From contig OX597840.1 of NCBI GenBank assembly GCA_951406725.2, forward strand, positions 16,802,001 to 16,866,000: a DNA stretch of 64,000 nucleotides, in the 5' to 3' direction. Shown here piece by piece: positions 1 through 11,799 of the stretch; position 1 is the stretch's first letter, and each line of letters opens with the position of its first letter. The notes beneath the pieces are model-generated. The model ran no database searches. It was given only the letters and a program-made list of their open reading frames with translations, and had not been told where the DNA came from. A program made the position numbers and the translations under genes. Origin of the DNA: Octopus vulgaris. Lineage: Eukaryota.

Positions 1-80
1 GTGTCACATGAATGGCTGTATAAACCCTATTGTAGGTGTTGCGTATCTATATCTATCAGTCGTACACACAATGTGGGTGA

Positions 81-96
81 GTGTGTGTGTATACAT

Positions 97-132
<36 letters not shown>

Positions 133-194
133 GTATGTATATGTATTTATGTATATATATACATACATGTACATATATATATATGTATATATAC

Positions 195-225
<31 letters not shown>

Positions 226-253
226 GATATATATACATACATGTATAGATACA

Positions 254-335
<82 letters not shown>
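81..335. repeat. Compound (TG)n/(CA)n/(TA)n microsatellite
   Basis: Direct dinucleotide repeats; explains the overlapping [12 protein letters not shown] ORFs. Confidence 0.95.
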
Positions 336-337
<2 letters not shown>

Positions 338-944
338 CTTACAGCTAAGCCCAGTTCCACACGGTCTGTTTGGATGATGTGGCTATGATCGTTTTTGGTT
401 AAGCATAATCTATAACAGCGTTACTCAACCTTATCATTTCGGGTCCCCTGTTTTGATTGGAGCCTCCAGCTGAATGAAAATTTCCTGACCCCGCTCCCAT
501 TATTAGAAAACTACTTCAGGAGTTGTGAAGAACGAATTTGTACATAGTCTGTTTCTGAGAGCTATTCTATTGGACCTCTGTCTAAGCATTAAAACATTGA
601 TTTCATTATGAACATAGAAATAAATTATACATTAATCCCTATTTTTGTAAACAGTTGTATCCGCGAAAAAATTATTTGCAGAAAGCAGAGATTGACAGAA
701 GATATATGAAATAGACGTGTGTGTGTGTGCGTGCGTGCTTGCACATGTGTATGTGAGAGAGAAAGAGGGTGAGAAAGAGAGATAGAGTGAGTGAGTGAAG
801 GTGTCGTGATGATTGCCGTCTTTTAAAGTACACACAAATACATAGAAAATGTGAGGTCAGCGTATAAAATTTTTACGATAGTTGATTAATGGAAAAGATT
901 ATGTTAAATTTTTGAAATGCAAATATGTGAATGAAAATTAAGTT

Positions 945-1085
945 CAGACCTCTACGTGGTAGCTAGACCAGCTTGAAAGAGCAGCCAAATCTCCCTCAAA
1001 ACACCCTACTGTCTTAATCCGACAATTCTGCCTATTATGTAGTTTGAATGAGAAACAATAAAGATTCAGATTATTAACCCCGCAA
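945..1085 (+). mobile_element. Old dispersed repeat (family C, core CTGCTAGAAATAGCAGCYAAATCTCC), 5' part
   Basis: Diverged copies or fragments at ~9255-9420(-), 30945-31131(-), 36840-37110(+), 38540-38610(-), 44985-45035(+), 60400-60570(-), 60690-60915(-), 61075-61285(-); several abut (AAC/GTT)n. Confidence 0.65.
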
Positions 1086-1398
1086 AGAGGTGAAGGAAGA
1101 GAGACAGCATAGCGAAAGTTTTGGCTGACTGTCATCCTGTACTCCCGTTGCTGCTAGCGAAATGCTGTATGCCGGCTGTGTGAGCAACAGTATTAATCGA
1201 TTTTCTCGATTTTACTATGGGGGCTAGGAAAAAACTACAAACCACATTCCAATGTATGCACTCGTCTCCATATGTGTGCCATTTTTCACGCGAATCCACC
1301 CAGCCGTTTGGCTGTGAACCTCAAGACAAGAAAGTATACAACGCTCGCCTATGTCCAATTTATATTATAGATATATATATATATATATACATATATAT

Positions 1399-1530
1399 AA
1401 GAATGAAAGAGACCACGATATTATGTAAATAGAGGAATTTATCTGTAAATATAATATGTGACAATTATTCGGTAGCCATGATAAAACTCCGAGTTTCGGA
1501 TGTCGGGGCGGAAACCCACGCCGCCTTCGA
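1399..1530 (-). mobile_element. PLE pseudo-LTR fragment with the 3' half of a hammerhead
   Basis: Homologous to 8030-8185. Minus strand reads stem II-GAAA-CUCGGAGU-U-UUAUC; the CUGAnGA core is lost. Flanked by (TA)n and (ATGT)n. Confidence 0.65.
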
Positions 1531-1591
1531 TAAAAATGCTATGTATGTATGTATGTATGTATGTATGTATGTATGTATGTATGTATGTATG

Positions 1592-1646
<55 letters not shown>

Positions 1647-2055
1647 GCATACGTTCACACACATGTGCAATGCTGTCATAATCTGTGCAAGTGTTATTGC
1701 ATCGTTTCTTTATATCTCTAAGTAGTAGTTGCTGATAAGGCTGTCCCGTTTTGCTTCTCACTGATATCTTTTCTCGATATTAATGTTAGAAGCAGGAATT
1801 TGTGTCCAGGGAAGGTAAGCAAATTGGCACCGGTTGTCAAGCATTCTGGGACAAACGCGCGCGCGCACAGACACAAGCGCACAAACACATAGGTCCATGT
1901 ATGACGGATTTGCACACAGTTTACCTCTAGGAAATCCATTCACAAGCCATTAATCAGTTTGGAGCTATTGTAAAAGACACGCCTAAAGTTGTGAACAGTG
2001 GAACTGAGTCCAAAAACATGCAGTTGGGAAGCAAACTACACAATCAATATGTGTT

Positions 2056-2099
<44 letters not shown>

Positions 2100-2213
2100 T
2101 GTATGAGTGTGTGAGTGTGTGTGTGTGTCTATAAATACACATATATACATATAATACGTACCTACATACATATATATATATTTTGTATTTTGTATTTTAA
2201 ATTTTCTTTTTGT

Positions 2214-2286
<73 letters not shown>

Positions 2287-2424
2287 CGGAGATGTACTCG
2301 CATAGCAAGTAATTTGATCTGAGATCGTGTGCTGAAACGAAAACAATTGCAGTGTGGAAAGTGTTTATAAGCCATTTAAGAAACACACAAAAGCCGTTCG
2401 ATTCACTTCAACATTTAAGTTTAA

Positions 2425-2474
2425 TTTGTCAAAATATTTTCGTCGCTAAAATCCGCGACCTGTTCACTGACAAA
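2425..2474 (-). ncRNA. Type I minimal hammerhead ribozyme, G3:C8 core variant
   Basis: Minus strand: UUUGUCA GUGAACA G GUCGC ggauuuua GCGAC GAA AAUAUU U UGACAAA. 7-bp stem I, 5-bp stem II, palindromic stem III; lies in island 2284-2486 between (TA)n tracts. Confidence 0.7.
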
Positions 2475-2502
2475 AATCCGTGCTGCATATATATACATAC
2501 AT

Positions 2503-2880
2503 AGGCGCAGGAGTGGCTATGTGGTAAGTAGCTTGTTTACTAACCACATGGTTCCGAGTTCGTGGCACCTTGGGCAAGTGTCTTCTACTATAGCCTCGGG
2601 CCGACCAAAGCCTTGTGAGTGGATTTGGTAGACGGAAACTAAAAGAAGCCCGTCGTATATATGTATATATATATATGTCTGTGTTTGTCCCCCTAGCATT
2701 GCTTGACAACCGATGGTGGTGTGTTTATGTCCCCGTTACTTAGCGGTTCGGCAAAAGAGACCGATAGAATAAGTACTAGGCTTACAAAAGAATAAGTCCC
2801 GGGGTCGAGTTGCTCGATTAAAGATGGTGCTCTAGCATGGCCGCAGTCAAATGACTGAATCAAGTAAAAGAGTAAAGAGT
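2503..2880 (+). mobile_element. tRNA-derived SINE family A, full length
   Basis: A-box-like GTGGCTATGTGG, tRNA-like head, CCTTGGGCAAGTGTCTT core, internal (TA)/(TG), AAAGAGT tail; very similar to 52618-53010. Confidence 0.85.
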
Positions 2881-2904
2881 AATATATAATACGTACATAC
2901 ATGC

Positions 2905-2974
<70 letters not shown>

Positions 2975-2976
<2 letters not shown>

Positions 2977-3070
2977 CGAGAAAGAAGCAACAAGAATGGA
3001 TAGGTTTTTACTAAAAAATGGATAGGTTTTGTACTAAAAACCTATCCATTCTTGTTGCTTCTTTCTCGCT
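2975..3070. repeat. Perfect 36-bp inverted repeat with a 24-bp spacer
   Basis: 2975-3010 is the exact reverse complement of 3035-3070. Confidence 0.9.
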
Positions 3071-3185
3071 TATAATCACCCCACATTACTGTATTGTTAA
3101 AACAGTATAGTTTTTTTTGGTGCATCTAAGTTAGGTACCATATTCAAGTAAATTCATTTAAATTAACTTGAATCTTTATTGCTTT

Positions 3186-4528
<1,343 letters not shown>

Positions 4529-4555
4529 CACAGACATATATATACACACACGTAT

Positions 4556-4591
<36 letters not shown>

Positions 4592-4732
4592 ATACAAACT
4601 CATGCACACATACACCCACATAGGAGACTATAACCCCGGAAAACATCCCCTCCGGCTGGCTAACGACACACTGTGTTTGATTAGTATTTGCGAAAGGAAA
4701 TCATCGTTCCCATCTCTAGCCTCAACGTGATA

Positions 4733-4777
4733 CACACAGACCCAGGTTTCTGGGTAGTAACCCGTCATCAGAGTGTG
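4733..4777 (-). ncRNA. Type I minimal hammerhead ribozyme
   Basis: Minus strand: CACACU CUGAUGA C GGGU uacu ACCC A GAA ACCUGGGU C UGUGUG; GUC triplet. Confidence 0.7.
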
Positions 4778-5070
4778 ATAATCACCAGCTAGCGAGGAGA
4801 ACTCATCCCAAACGTAAAATTCTATATGCTTTTTCCAGTGACAAACTGTCGCTGTTCTCGAGAAAGGAGAAATAAGTATCGTCTCCTATGGGTCCACCAC
4901 ATTTAGGTGGAAAATATATTTCACGATTCCGTGCTGCTACTCTTTACTTGTCGCTCAGAGATTTAATATTGTTTGTTTCTCCTTTTTCGAGATCAGCGAC
5001 AGTTTATCAGTGGAAAAATCATATAGCATCTCGTGTCTGGAATGAGTTCTCATCGCTAGCTGGAGATTTT

Positions 5071-5115
5071 CACATACTGATGACGGGTTACTACCCAGAA
5101 ACCCGGGTCTTTGTG
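5071..5115 (+). ncRNA. Type I minimal hammerhead ribozyme
   Basis: CACAUA CUGAUGA C GGGU uacu ACCC A GAA ACCCGGGU C UUUGUG; perfect palindromic stem III, GUC site at 5109. Confidence 0.75.
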
Positions 5116-5342
5116 TATCACGTTAAACTAGAGATAGGAACGATGATTTCCTTTCGCAAATACTAATCAGACACAGGCAGTGTGTCGTTAGCCAGGTGGA
5201 AGAGATGTCTTTCTGGGGCTATAAATAACAGTAGCATCGTCCCCTATGGGTCTGTAACATTTAGGTGGCAAATATACTTCACAATATATATTTAAGAATA
5301 AAAATCACAAATGTGTGTGTATGTCTGCATTTGTATGTCTGG

Positions 5343-5375
<33 letters not shown>

Positions 5376-5705
5376 TGTGTATGTGCGCGCGTTTGATCTG
5401 CCATGCAAAATATTATGACCTGTAGTTATTGATCTCTGACAAGTATCCACAACCGTGGAAAGGTACTTACCATGGAAACTTTCTAATGGTTTTGCCATCA
5501 TATTATTGTGTGAAGCAATATTTTCTCACATGAATCATATTAAATCTAAAAATCGAACAAGAATTGGTTAACATCTGTTCAAAGAGTAGCTCTGTTGAAA
5601 TATTGGTAATTATGAATAGGATGGCATCAAATTTGTTGCAAATAGAAACAACATCCAATTTTATATTGATTTCATTTAAAAATAATTATTTTCTGAAAAA
5701 CCATA

Positions 5706-5720
5706 CTATCTATCTGTCTG

Positions 5721-5804
<84 letters not shown>

Positions 5805-5865
5805 GCTATCTATCTATCTACCTATCTACCCATGTATCTATCTATCTACCTACCTACCTATCTAT
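5706..5865. repeat. (TATC)n tetranucleotide microsatellite
   Basis: Direct repeat. Confidence 0.95.
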
Positions 5866-6161
5866 AATGGACTCTCCCATCAATTTCGACGTATGAGGAT
5901 CCGGCAGCCTACACTTTCTTTGTCAGTCATAATGCTTATGTCGAATGTGACGTTTCAGTCCCGCCAGCGACTTGCAATGAAGCCTGCAAATGTTACAAGT
6001 ATGAGGATTACGGATCAATTCAGGCGGCGTATTTGCAACCGCTTTTCTCTTTTTCCTTGCACTCCCTAAGCCAGTTGATGCAGGTTGAAACACAGTTTCT
6101 TATACCAGTTTGACACAAGGATTTCCATTTTGTTCGCTCCGAGGTTGTTTGCTCAAAGGTG

Positions 6162-6240
<79 letters not shown>

Positions 6241-6327
6241 TGTGTGTATGTGTGTCTGTGCATACATTCCAATAGTGATTAATTTGGAAACAGAATTAGA
6301 TACAACACACATGTGTATAGAGAGTAA

Positions 6328-6650
6328 AGACTCCCTTCGGTCATGAATGTCCATGGGATTGCACCTAGAAAATTCCCCTCCGAGGTACAAGTCCAGGCAA
6401 GGTTGCTTATGGAAGACTATCAGTCGGCCATGCATACCAGCCTCCACTCTCCACGCCATCGATGTTATCCAAGGGAAAGGCAATTACCGATACAACTTAG
6501 CATCGATGACGTCGTAACTCATTTCTACAGCTGAGTGAACTGGAGCAACATAAAATAAAGTGTCTTGCTCAAGGACACATCACACAGCCCGTCCAGGAAT
6601 CGTACTCACGACCTCATATGATGCTCTAACCACCAAGCCATGCGCCTTCA
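6328..6650 (-). mobile_element. tRNA-derived SINE family D
   Basis: Minus strand: GGCGCATGGCTTGGTGGTTAGAGC...GATTCCTGG head, then GTGTCCTTGAGCAAGACACTTT core; related head at 15376-15620(+). Confidence 0.75.
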
Positions 6651-6655
6651 ATGTA

Positions 6656-7886
6656 CAGGGTGCGTAAGATATTTGAGGACAGATTTATGTTTATAAAAAA
6701 ACATATAATAACAGATAACTTTATTTATCAAAAATTGCTATGAGGATAAAAATAAACCTTTTTTATCTTATTCAAAGAAACCACCTTCAACTTCAAAAAC
6801 TGCTTCCAAATGAGATTTAAATCATCTACATGCTCGAATCTAGTGGTCTTGTTTCATTTTGGACAACAATCTGACTATGGCAACTTTCAAAGAATCTTTG
6901 GTGTTATGGGTGTGTTCATTGACCTCTCTCTCTCTCAACAACGCTTCGCATGTAATAGTCCAATGATTTGAGATCTGGGGAATTAGGAGGCCAAATGTTA
7001 GGAGTTATGTAATCATGAAATTTTTCTACCATCCATTCCTGTGTTATTAGAGCCATGCGTGATAGTGCAGAGTCTTACTGAAACAAATATGGCCTTCCAT
7101 TGCATACACTGTCTATCCAGGGCTAAACAGTTATTTCCAGGACCTCAGTGAAGGCGGCAGAGTTAACTCTAAGGCCTTATGGAAAGAAGTAAGGAGGCAT
7201 CACATGTCCTTCATTGCTGACAACCCCTAAAACCATGTCAGTTTCAGGAAATTTTGTATGCATAACATTTAGAACTTCAGAAGGATCTGCACATAGCCAT
7301 CTGTCATTTCTTCTGTTAACCTTTTGATCTTGGTCGAAGTTTTTCTCTTCTTCTCCTGGATTATTCTGCTTGTTTAAGAGCCTTTTAGATCTGATGTAGT
7401 AATTTTCTTTTGCTTTTTCCGACAAAATGACCTTTTCTCATCATATAAGACTTATATTTGTCGTCTTCGTGGACAACATTTCTGACTGTTCCTTCTGACA
7501 CATGGAGATCTTTTGCAATTGACCTCATGGACTTTCTGGGATTGTAATCAATGATCTGTTGAATTTGCTGGATAAATTCAGTTGTTCTGAGGATTTCAGA
7601 GTGTTTAGAATGCTTTTTATGTTTTGACACTGATGATAAGTTTCCATCTTCAGTCTCTAGCGCCTTATAAATTTTGTAAACAAAAGATCTGGCAATTTTA
7701 AAAATCGAGATATTTCTAAATTGCTATGCTCAGCCTTTATAACCACAATAACAGCATGCCTCTTCATTTCTTGAGTAAGATGAGGATCTGCCATTATTAT
7801 TTTCTGAAACAAAGATTATACAGAGTTAGCAAAAAATGCAGCAACGACCCCAAAAAGTTATGTCCTCAAATACCTTACGCACCCTG
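6656..7886 (-). mobile_element. Tc1/mariner-superfamily maT (DD37D) transposon, full length, decayed
   Basis: 26-bp TIRs CAGGGTGCGTAAG(A/G)TATTTGAGGACA at 6656-6681 and 7861-7886 (1 mismatch); TA on the left. Confidence 0.9.
6768..7794 (-). pseudogene. maT/DD37D transposase pseudogene
   Basis: MADPHLTQEMKRHAVIV HTH, KVNRRNDRW, MVLGVVSNEG, Q*DSA, WPPNSPDLKSLDYY; the last two catalytic Asp codons (7072, 6958) are 114 nt apart, i.e. 37 intervening residues. Confidence 0.88.
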
Positions 7887-8095
7887 TTTATATAGAATGT
7901 ATATAGTATTTGAAATAAGAGCAGCTAAACGATTCTTGTCATAGAAACACTGAGATGAAGCAGATTTGTATAACCCGCCGATAGCTATCTCTCACTGGAT
8001 GGAGTGCCGTTGATATATATATATATATTGTAAGACAACAAAAGAAAGAAAGAGACCTCGATATTATGTAAATAGAGGGATTTATCCGATGGCCG

Positions 8096-8156
8096 GATAA
8101 CTGAAGAGATGGCGGCGTGGATTTCCACCTCGGCATCTGAAACTGGGAGTTTTATC
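8096..8156 (+). ncRNA. Type I hammerhead ribozyme in a PLE-like island (8030-8185)
   Basis: GAUAA CUGAAGA GAUG...GUGG auuu CCAC...CAUC U GAA ACUgggAGU U UUAUC; 5-bp stem I. Confidence 0.7.
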
Positions 8157-8221
8157 ATGGCTACCGTAAAATTGTCACATATTACATATATATATATATT
8201 TCTTTACTGCCCACTATATAT

Positions 8222-8522
8222 ATAGTAGAAGACACTTGCTCAAGGTGCCATGTGGTTGGACTGAACCCGGAACCAAGTGGTTGATAAGCAAGCTACTTAC
8301 CACACAACCACTCCTACGCCTATTACCTTTTTGTCTTTAGGCTGATCCGGTAATGAGTCACCGCTTCCAAATGTTTTAGTCGAACAAATCGACAGCTGTG
8401 CTTATTATTTGTTTTTAAAGTCTAATATTTATTTTATCCTCAAATTTTGCTGAACTGCTAAGTTATGACGATATAAACAAACCAACACCGTTTATCAAGT
8501 GTCGATGGGGGTGGTCAAACGC

Positions 8523-8583
<61 letters not shown>

Positions 8584-8722
8584 TACACACACACGACGGG
8601 CTTTCAATTTCCTAAATTCACTCCCTAAGGCATTGGTTGTTCGAGAACTATAAAAGACTGTTGCCCAATAGAATTGAACCCCAAAATTCGTGATTCCAAA
8701 GTGAGCTTCTTAACCTCACAGT
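8222..8722 (-). mobile_element. SINE family A: one head fragment plus one diverged copy
   Basis: Reverse-complement similarity to 2503-2880. Confidence 0.75.
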
Positions 8723-10269
8723 TATGCAACAGTAAGGGTAGAAAACTCAGAGAGAGAGAGAGAGAGAGAGGACATAGTGTGTCTGTGAGTCAGAGAGTGA
8801 AACGTGCCTGTGAGTGACTTTATGCCAATAAGTATTAGACGAAATACAAGGTTTGTTATAATCCCTAAAAGCATTGAGGGAGGTGCTACAGTATGGGCTA
8901 AGTTCAAAGATTGAAACCAATAAATGCAGGGTATGGTTTTACTGCTACTTTTAGCAGGCCGGACGACCACTTGACCTATGTTATTATTGTTTAACCATAG
9001 GTGCATCTTGTTCATGCACCGCCTATGATCAAGAGAGTTCCAGCCATAACCACCATGCATGTTATTTAATCTTTTTCATATTTCACACTCACCCTCTGTG
9101 CTTCAAAAGAGTAGGGTATGATTTGACTGTTATTTCTCGCTTGCTGAATGACTCCCCTGTCGGCTCGCATATGTACAGTTGTTATTGCTGTTGTTGTGTT
9201 GCAGTCGTCATCATCGTTGTCGTTGTTGTTGTTGTTATTGTTGTTGCAGTTGTTGTTTAGCCCAAGTAGACATATGATCAAGGCCATTCCGGCCGTGAGC
9301 TTCACGCCTTATTCTATATGTTAGTAACCCGGGGCTATATTACCCAACGTGTCCTTCATTAAGACAATTGGATGGCATTTAGCTACATACCCTAGGATGT
9401 CGATCGACCACAAAGAGGCTTACCCGCTGCTTTCGTATGTGTGTGTGGTGTGATATCAATATGTATGTGTGTGTGTATGTACACTTGTATATGTCTGTAT
9501 ATGTGTGAGCGTTTTTATATGTGCGCGTGTATATGTGCGTATCTGAGTTTGTGTGTATGTGTATGTACATTTTTGTGTGTATATGTATGACGTGTATATG
9601 TATATATATGTGTATGTGTGTATTCATATATGTGTATTTGTTATCTGTATATTTATGTAAATATGTGTGCATGCATATATACATGTGTATGTATTCATCT
9701 GCCTCTATATGTGTGTATATGCATATATCTATGTGTATTTATATATATATGCATGTGTATGTGTATATGTGTGTGTGTGTTTGTAGGTGTATACATATTT
9801 GTGTGTATGTTTGTGTGTGCGTTAATATATACGTGTGTCTGTGTGTGAGTGTAAATGTGTGTTTATGGCGTGTCTTAGTGGGTGAAGAATGCGTCGATAG
9901 AATTACTGAAATTTAGCAACCAAAAAATCATTGAAAATATTACGATGAGAAATTCCTCCGAGACTTCTCGGCCAGAATCTCATCAATTTTCCTTGATGCC
10001 AAGAATCCCACAACGAAATTTTACAAGAATTCTTCATTGCATTTCTTAAGTAAAGCCCAAAAAACAACTCAAATGATGATGATGATGAGGAGGAGGAGGA
10101 GGAGGGGGGAGGAGGGGGAGGATATGATTTATAAGTGGAAAAGATTGTATGGCTAGTGAATGCAGGTCTTTAGATTTGTAGTAGAGAACTTTTAAGCTAT
10201 GTTGCCAAAGGCTGAGGTTTTTGAAAAAATAATACTGTTGAAAAGTGCAAACAGAGGCTGCTCGATGAG

Positions 10270-10945
10270 AAATTGTGCGCAGAAGGGCATGGGAAGTACA
10301 TGGTCAATTTGAAAGACAGACGAGTGAAGTATAAGCGGAGTTTCCATGGAAACAACTTAGTGTAAGTTATATGGGAAGAAGGTGGGAAGTGCAACACATA
10401 TTGAAAGTGCCTGAGACACGCTTCCGTAGAGAGAATATAAAAGGTGCCACGATAAAGTGTGCTTATACCTCGAATGGTCCTTAAGCAAGAAATATGAGTT
10501 CCAAACTATTAAGAAATAATATCAGCCCAATCCAGAGAAGACCCTTGAAGATCAGTCTATGGAACTTTTTTTTTGTTGATTTTACAATCCAGATAGATAC
10601 ATAGAGTTGTTGAACATATAAGGCCAGATATGATTTTGGTAGAGAAAGGTGCTGTAACAAGGCGTTTATTAATTGATATAGCTAGCCTAGGAGAATAATT
10701 ACATCAATGGTAAAGAAAACGAGAAAATCATAAAATATGTAGACTTGAGAATAGATGACGGGAGAATATGGAATATGAAAAGTAAGAGTGGCACCAATTG
10801 GGATTGAAGCTCTAGGATTGGTGAGGAAATGCTTTCAGAAATACCTTGGCATAATTCGAATCTGTTCCAGCATTACGACATCGCAAAATGCAACACTAGA
10901 AAACAACAAATATCCTGCGGAAAGTATCGTCTGTCTGAAGTTAAC
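10270..10945 (+). pseudogene. 3' fragment of an RLE-type (R4-like) non-LTR retrotransposon
   Basis: HGKY, DFTIQ, HIRPDMILVE, LLIDIA, EKIIKYVDL, VAPIGIEALG (PD..D restriction-like endonuclease), frameshifted. Confidence 0.75.
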
Positions 10946-11019
10946 GCAACTTGATAGGGTGTCAATTAAATGATTTGTTAACAAGATCATTACTGTTCAT
11001 ATTAATCAATAATAATCAA

Positions 11020-11554
11020 TGGTCTTCTGGTTTAAAATCAGAAACAGAAGGGTTTATCATAGCAGCCCAAGATCAATGCCTACCTAAAGAAACTACCAGG
11101 CCAACATATTAAAGAACGGCAGTAGCCCAACATGTTGTGCATGTAAACAACAAAATGAAACCATCGATCATGTTGTCTCCATATACAGTCTTCTTGCGCC
11201 TACAGAGTAGCTCAACGGGCATGATAGAGCGGCACGGTATATTCACTGGGGAATTTGCTTCTGATCTTAACCGATTGGAAGTGTTATCATGTACATTGTT
11301 TTGTCTTGGTATAAAAGATGGGCTACAGCAAATATTCTGCTCAATACCAAAGAATTGCTTGTCAGTTGTTTGATCGTAACCAGTTGAGCATGTCGCTCGA
11401 TGGTTAACGATATATACATCTCTGATGATGAGCAGAAGTAGTGGGGGAGCATCATAGCCATGTGGTGAGAGGAATTCTTTGGGGTTTGGATAATTCACCT
11501 TTGGAAACATGGGTGTTTTGTTGAACATCTTTAAACGAACCTTATTCAGGGACC

Positions 11555-11555
<1 letters not shown>
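11020..11555 (+). mobile_element. R4/Dong-like fragment: CCHC zinc knuckle fused to the 540-bp element sequence
   Basis: SGLKSETEGFIIAAQDQ..CCACKQQNETIDHVVS..HDRAA.YIHW; 11262-11555 matches 56587-57127; ends at (TTA)n. Confidence 0.8.
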
Positions 11556-11636
<81 letters not shown>

Positions 11637-11799
11637 CATCATCGACGTATAGAAAAACTCATGCTAGGACAAGGCCGAACAAAGCCTTGTAAGTGGATGT
11701 TTTAGACGGAAACCGAGAGAAGCCCATAACTTAGCAGTTCCGAAAATGAGACTGATAGAATATATAATAAAATTCTTCAAGGAATTTCATGGGATAAAT

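Larger units (their letters stand above)
4629..5224. mobile_element. Inverted pair of ~245-bp PLE-like pseudo-LTRs
   Basis: ~4629-4873 is a diverged reverse complement of ~4973-5224; each arm carries an HHR. Confidence 0.8.

Noticed and set aside
416-432. CAGCGTTACTCAACCTT, a hAT-like TIR start
   Set aside because: No convincing partner TIR or 8-bp TSD found
11109-11642. 177-aa minus-strand ORF
   Set aside because: Antisense reading of a LINE fragment plus (AAT)n
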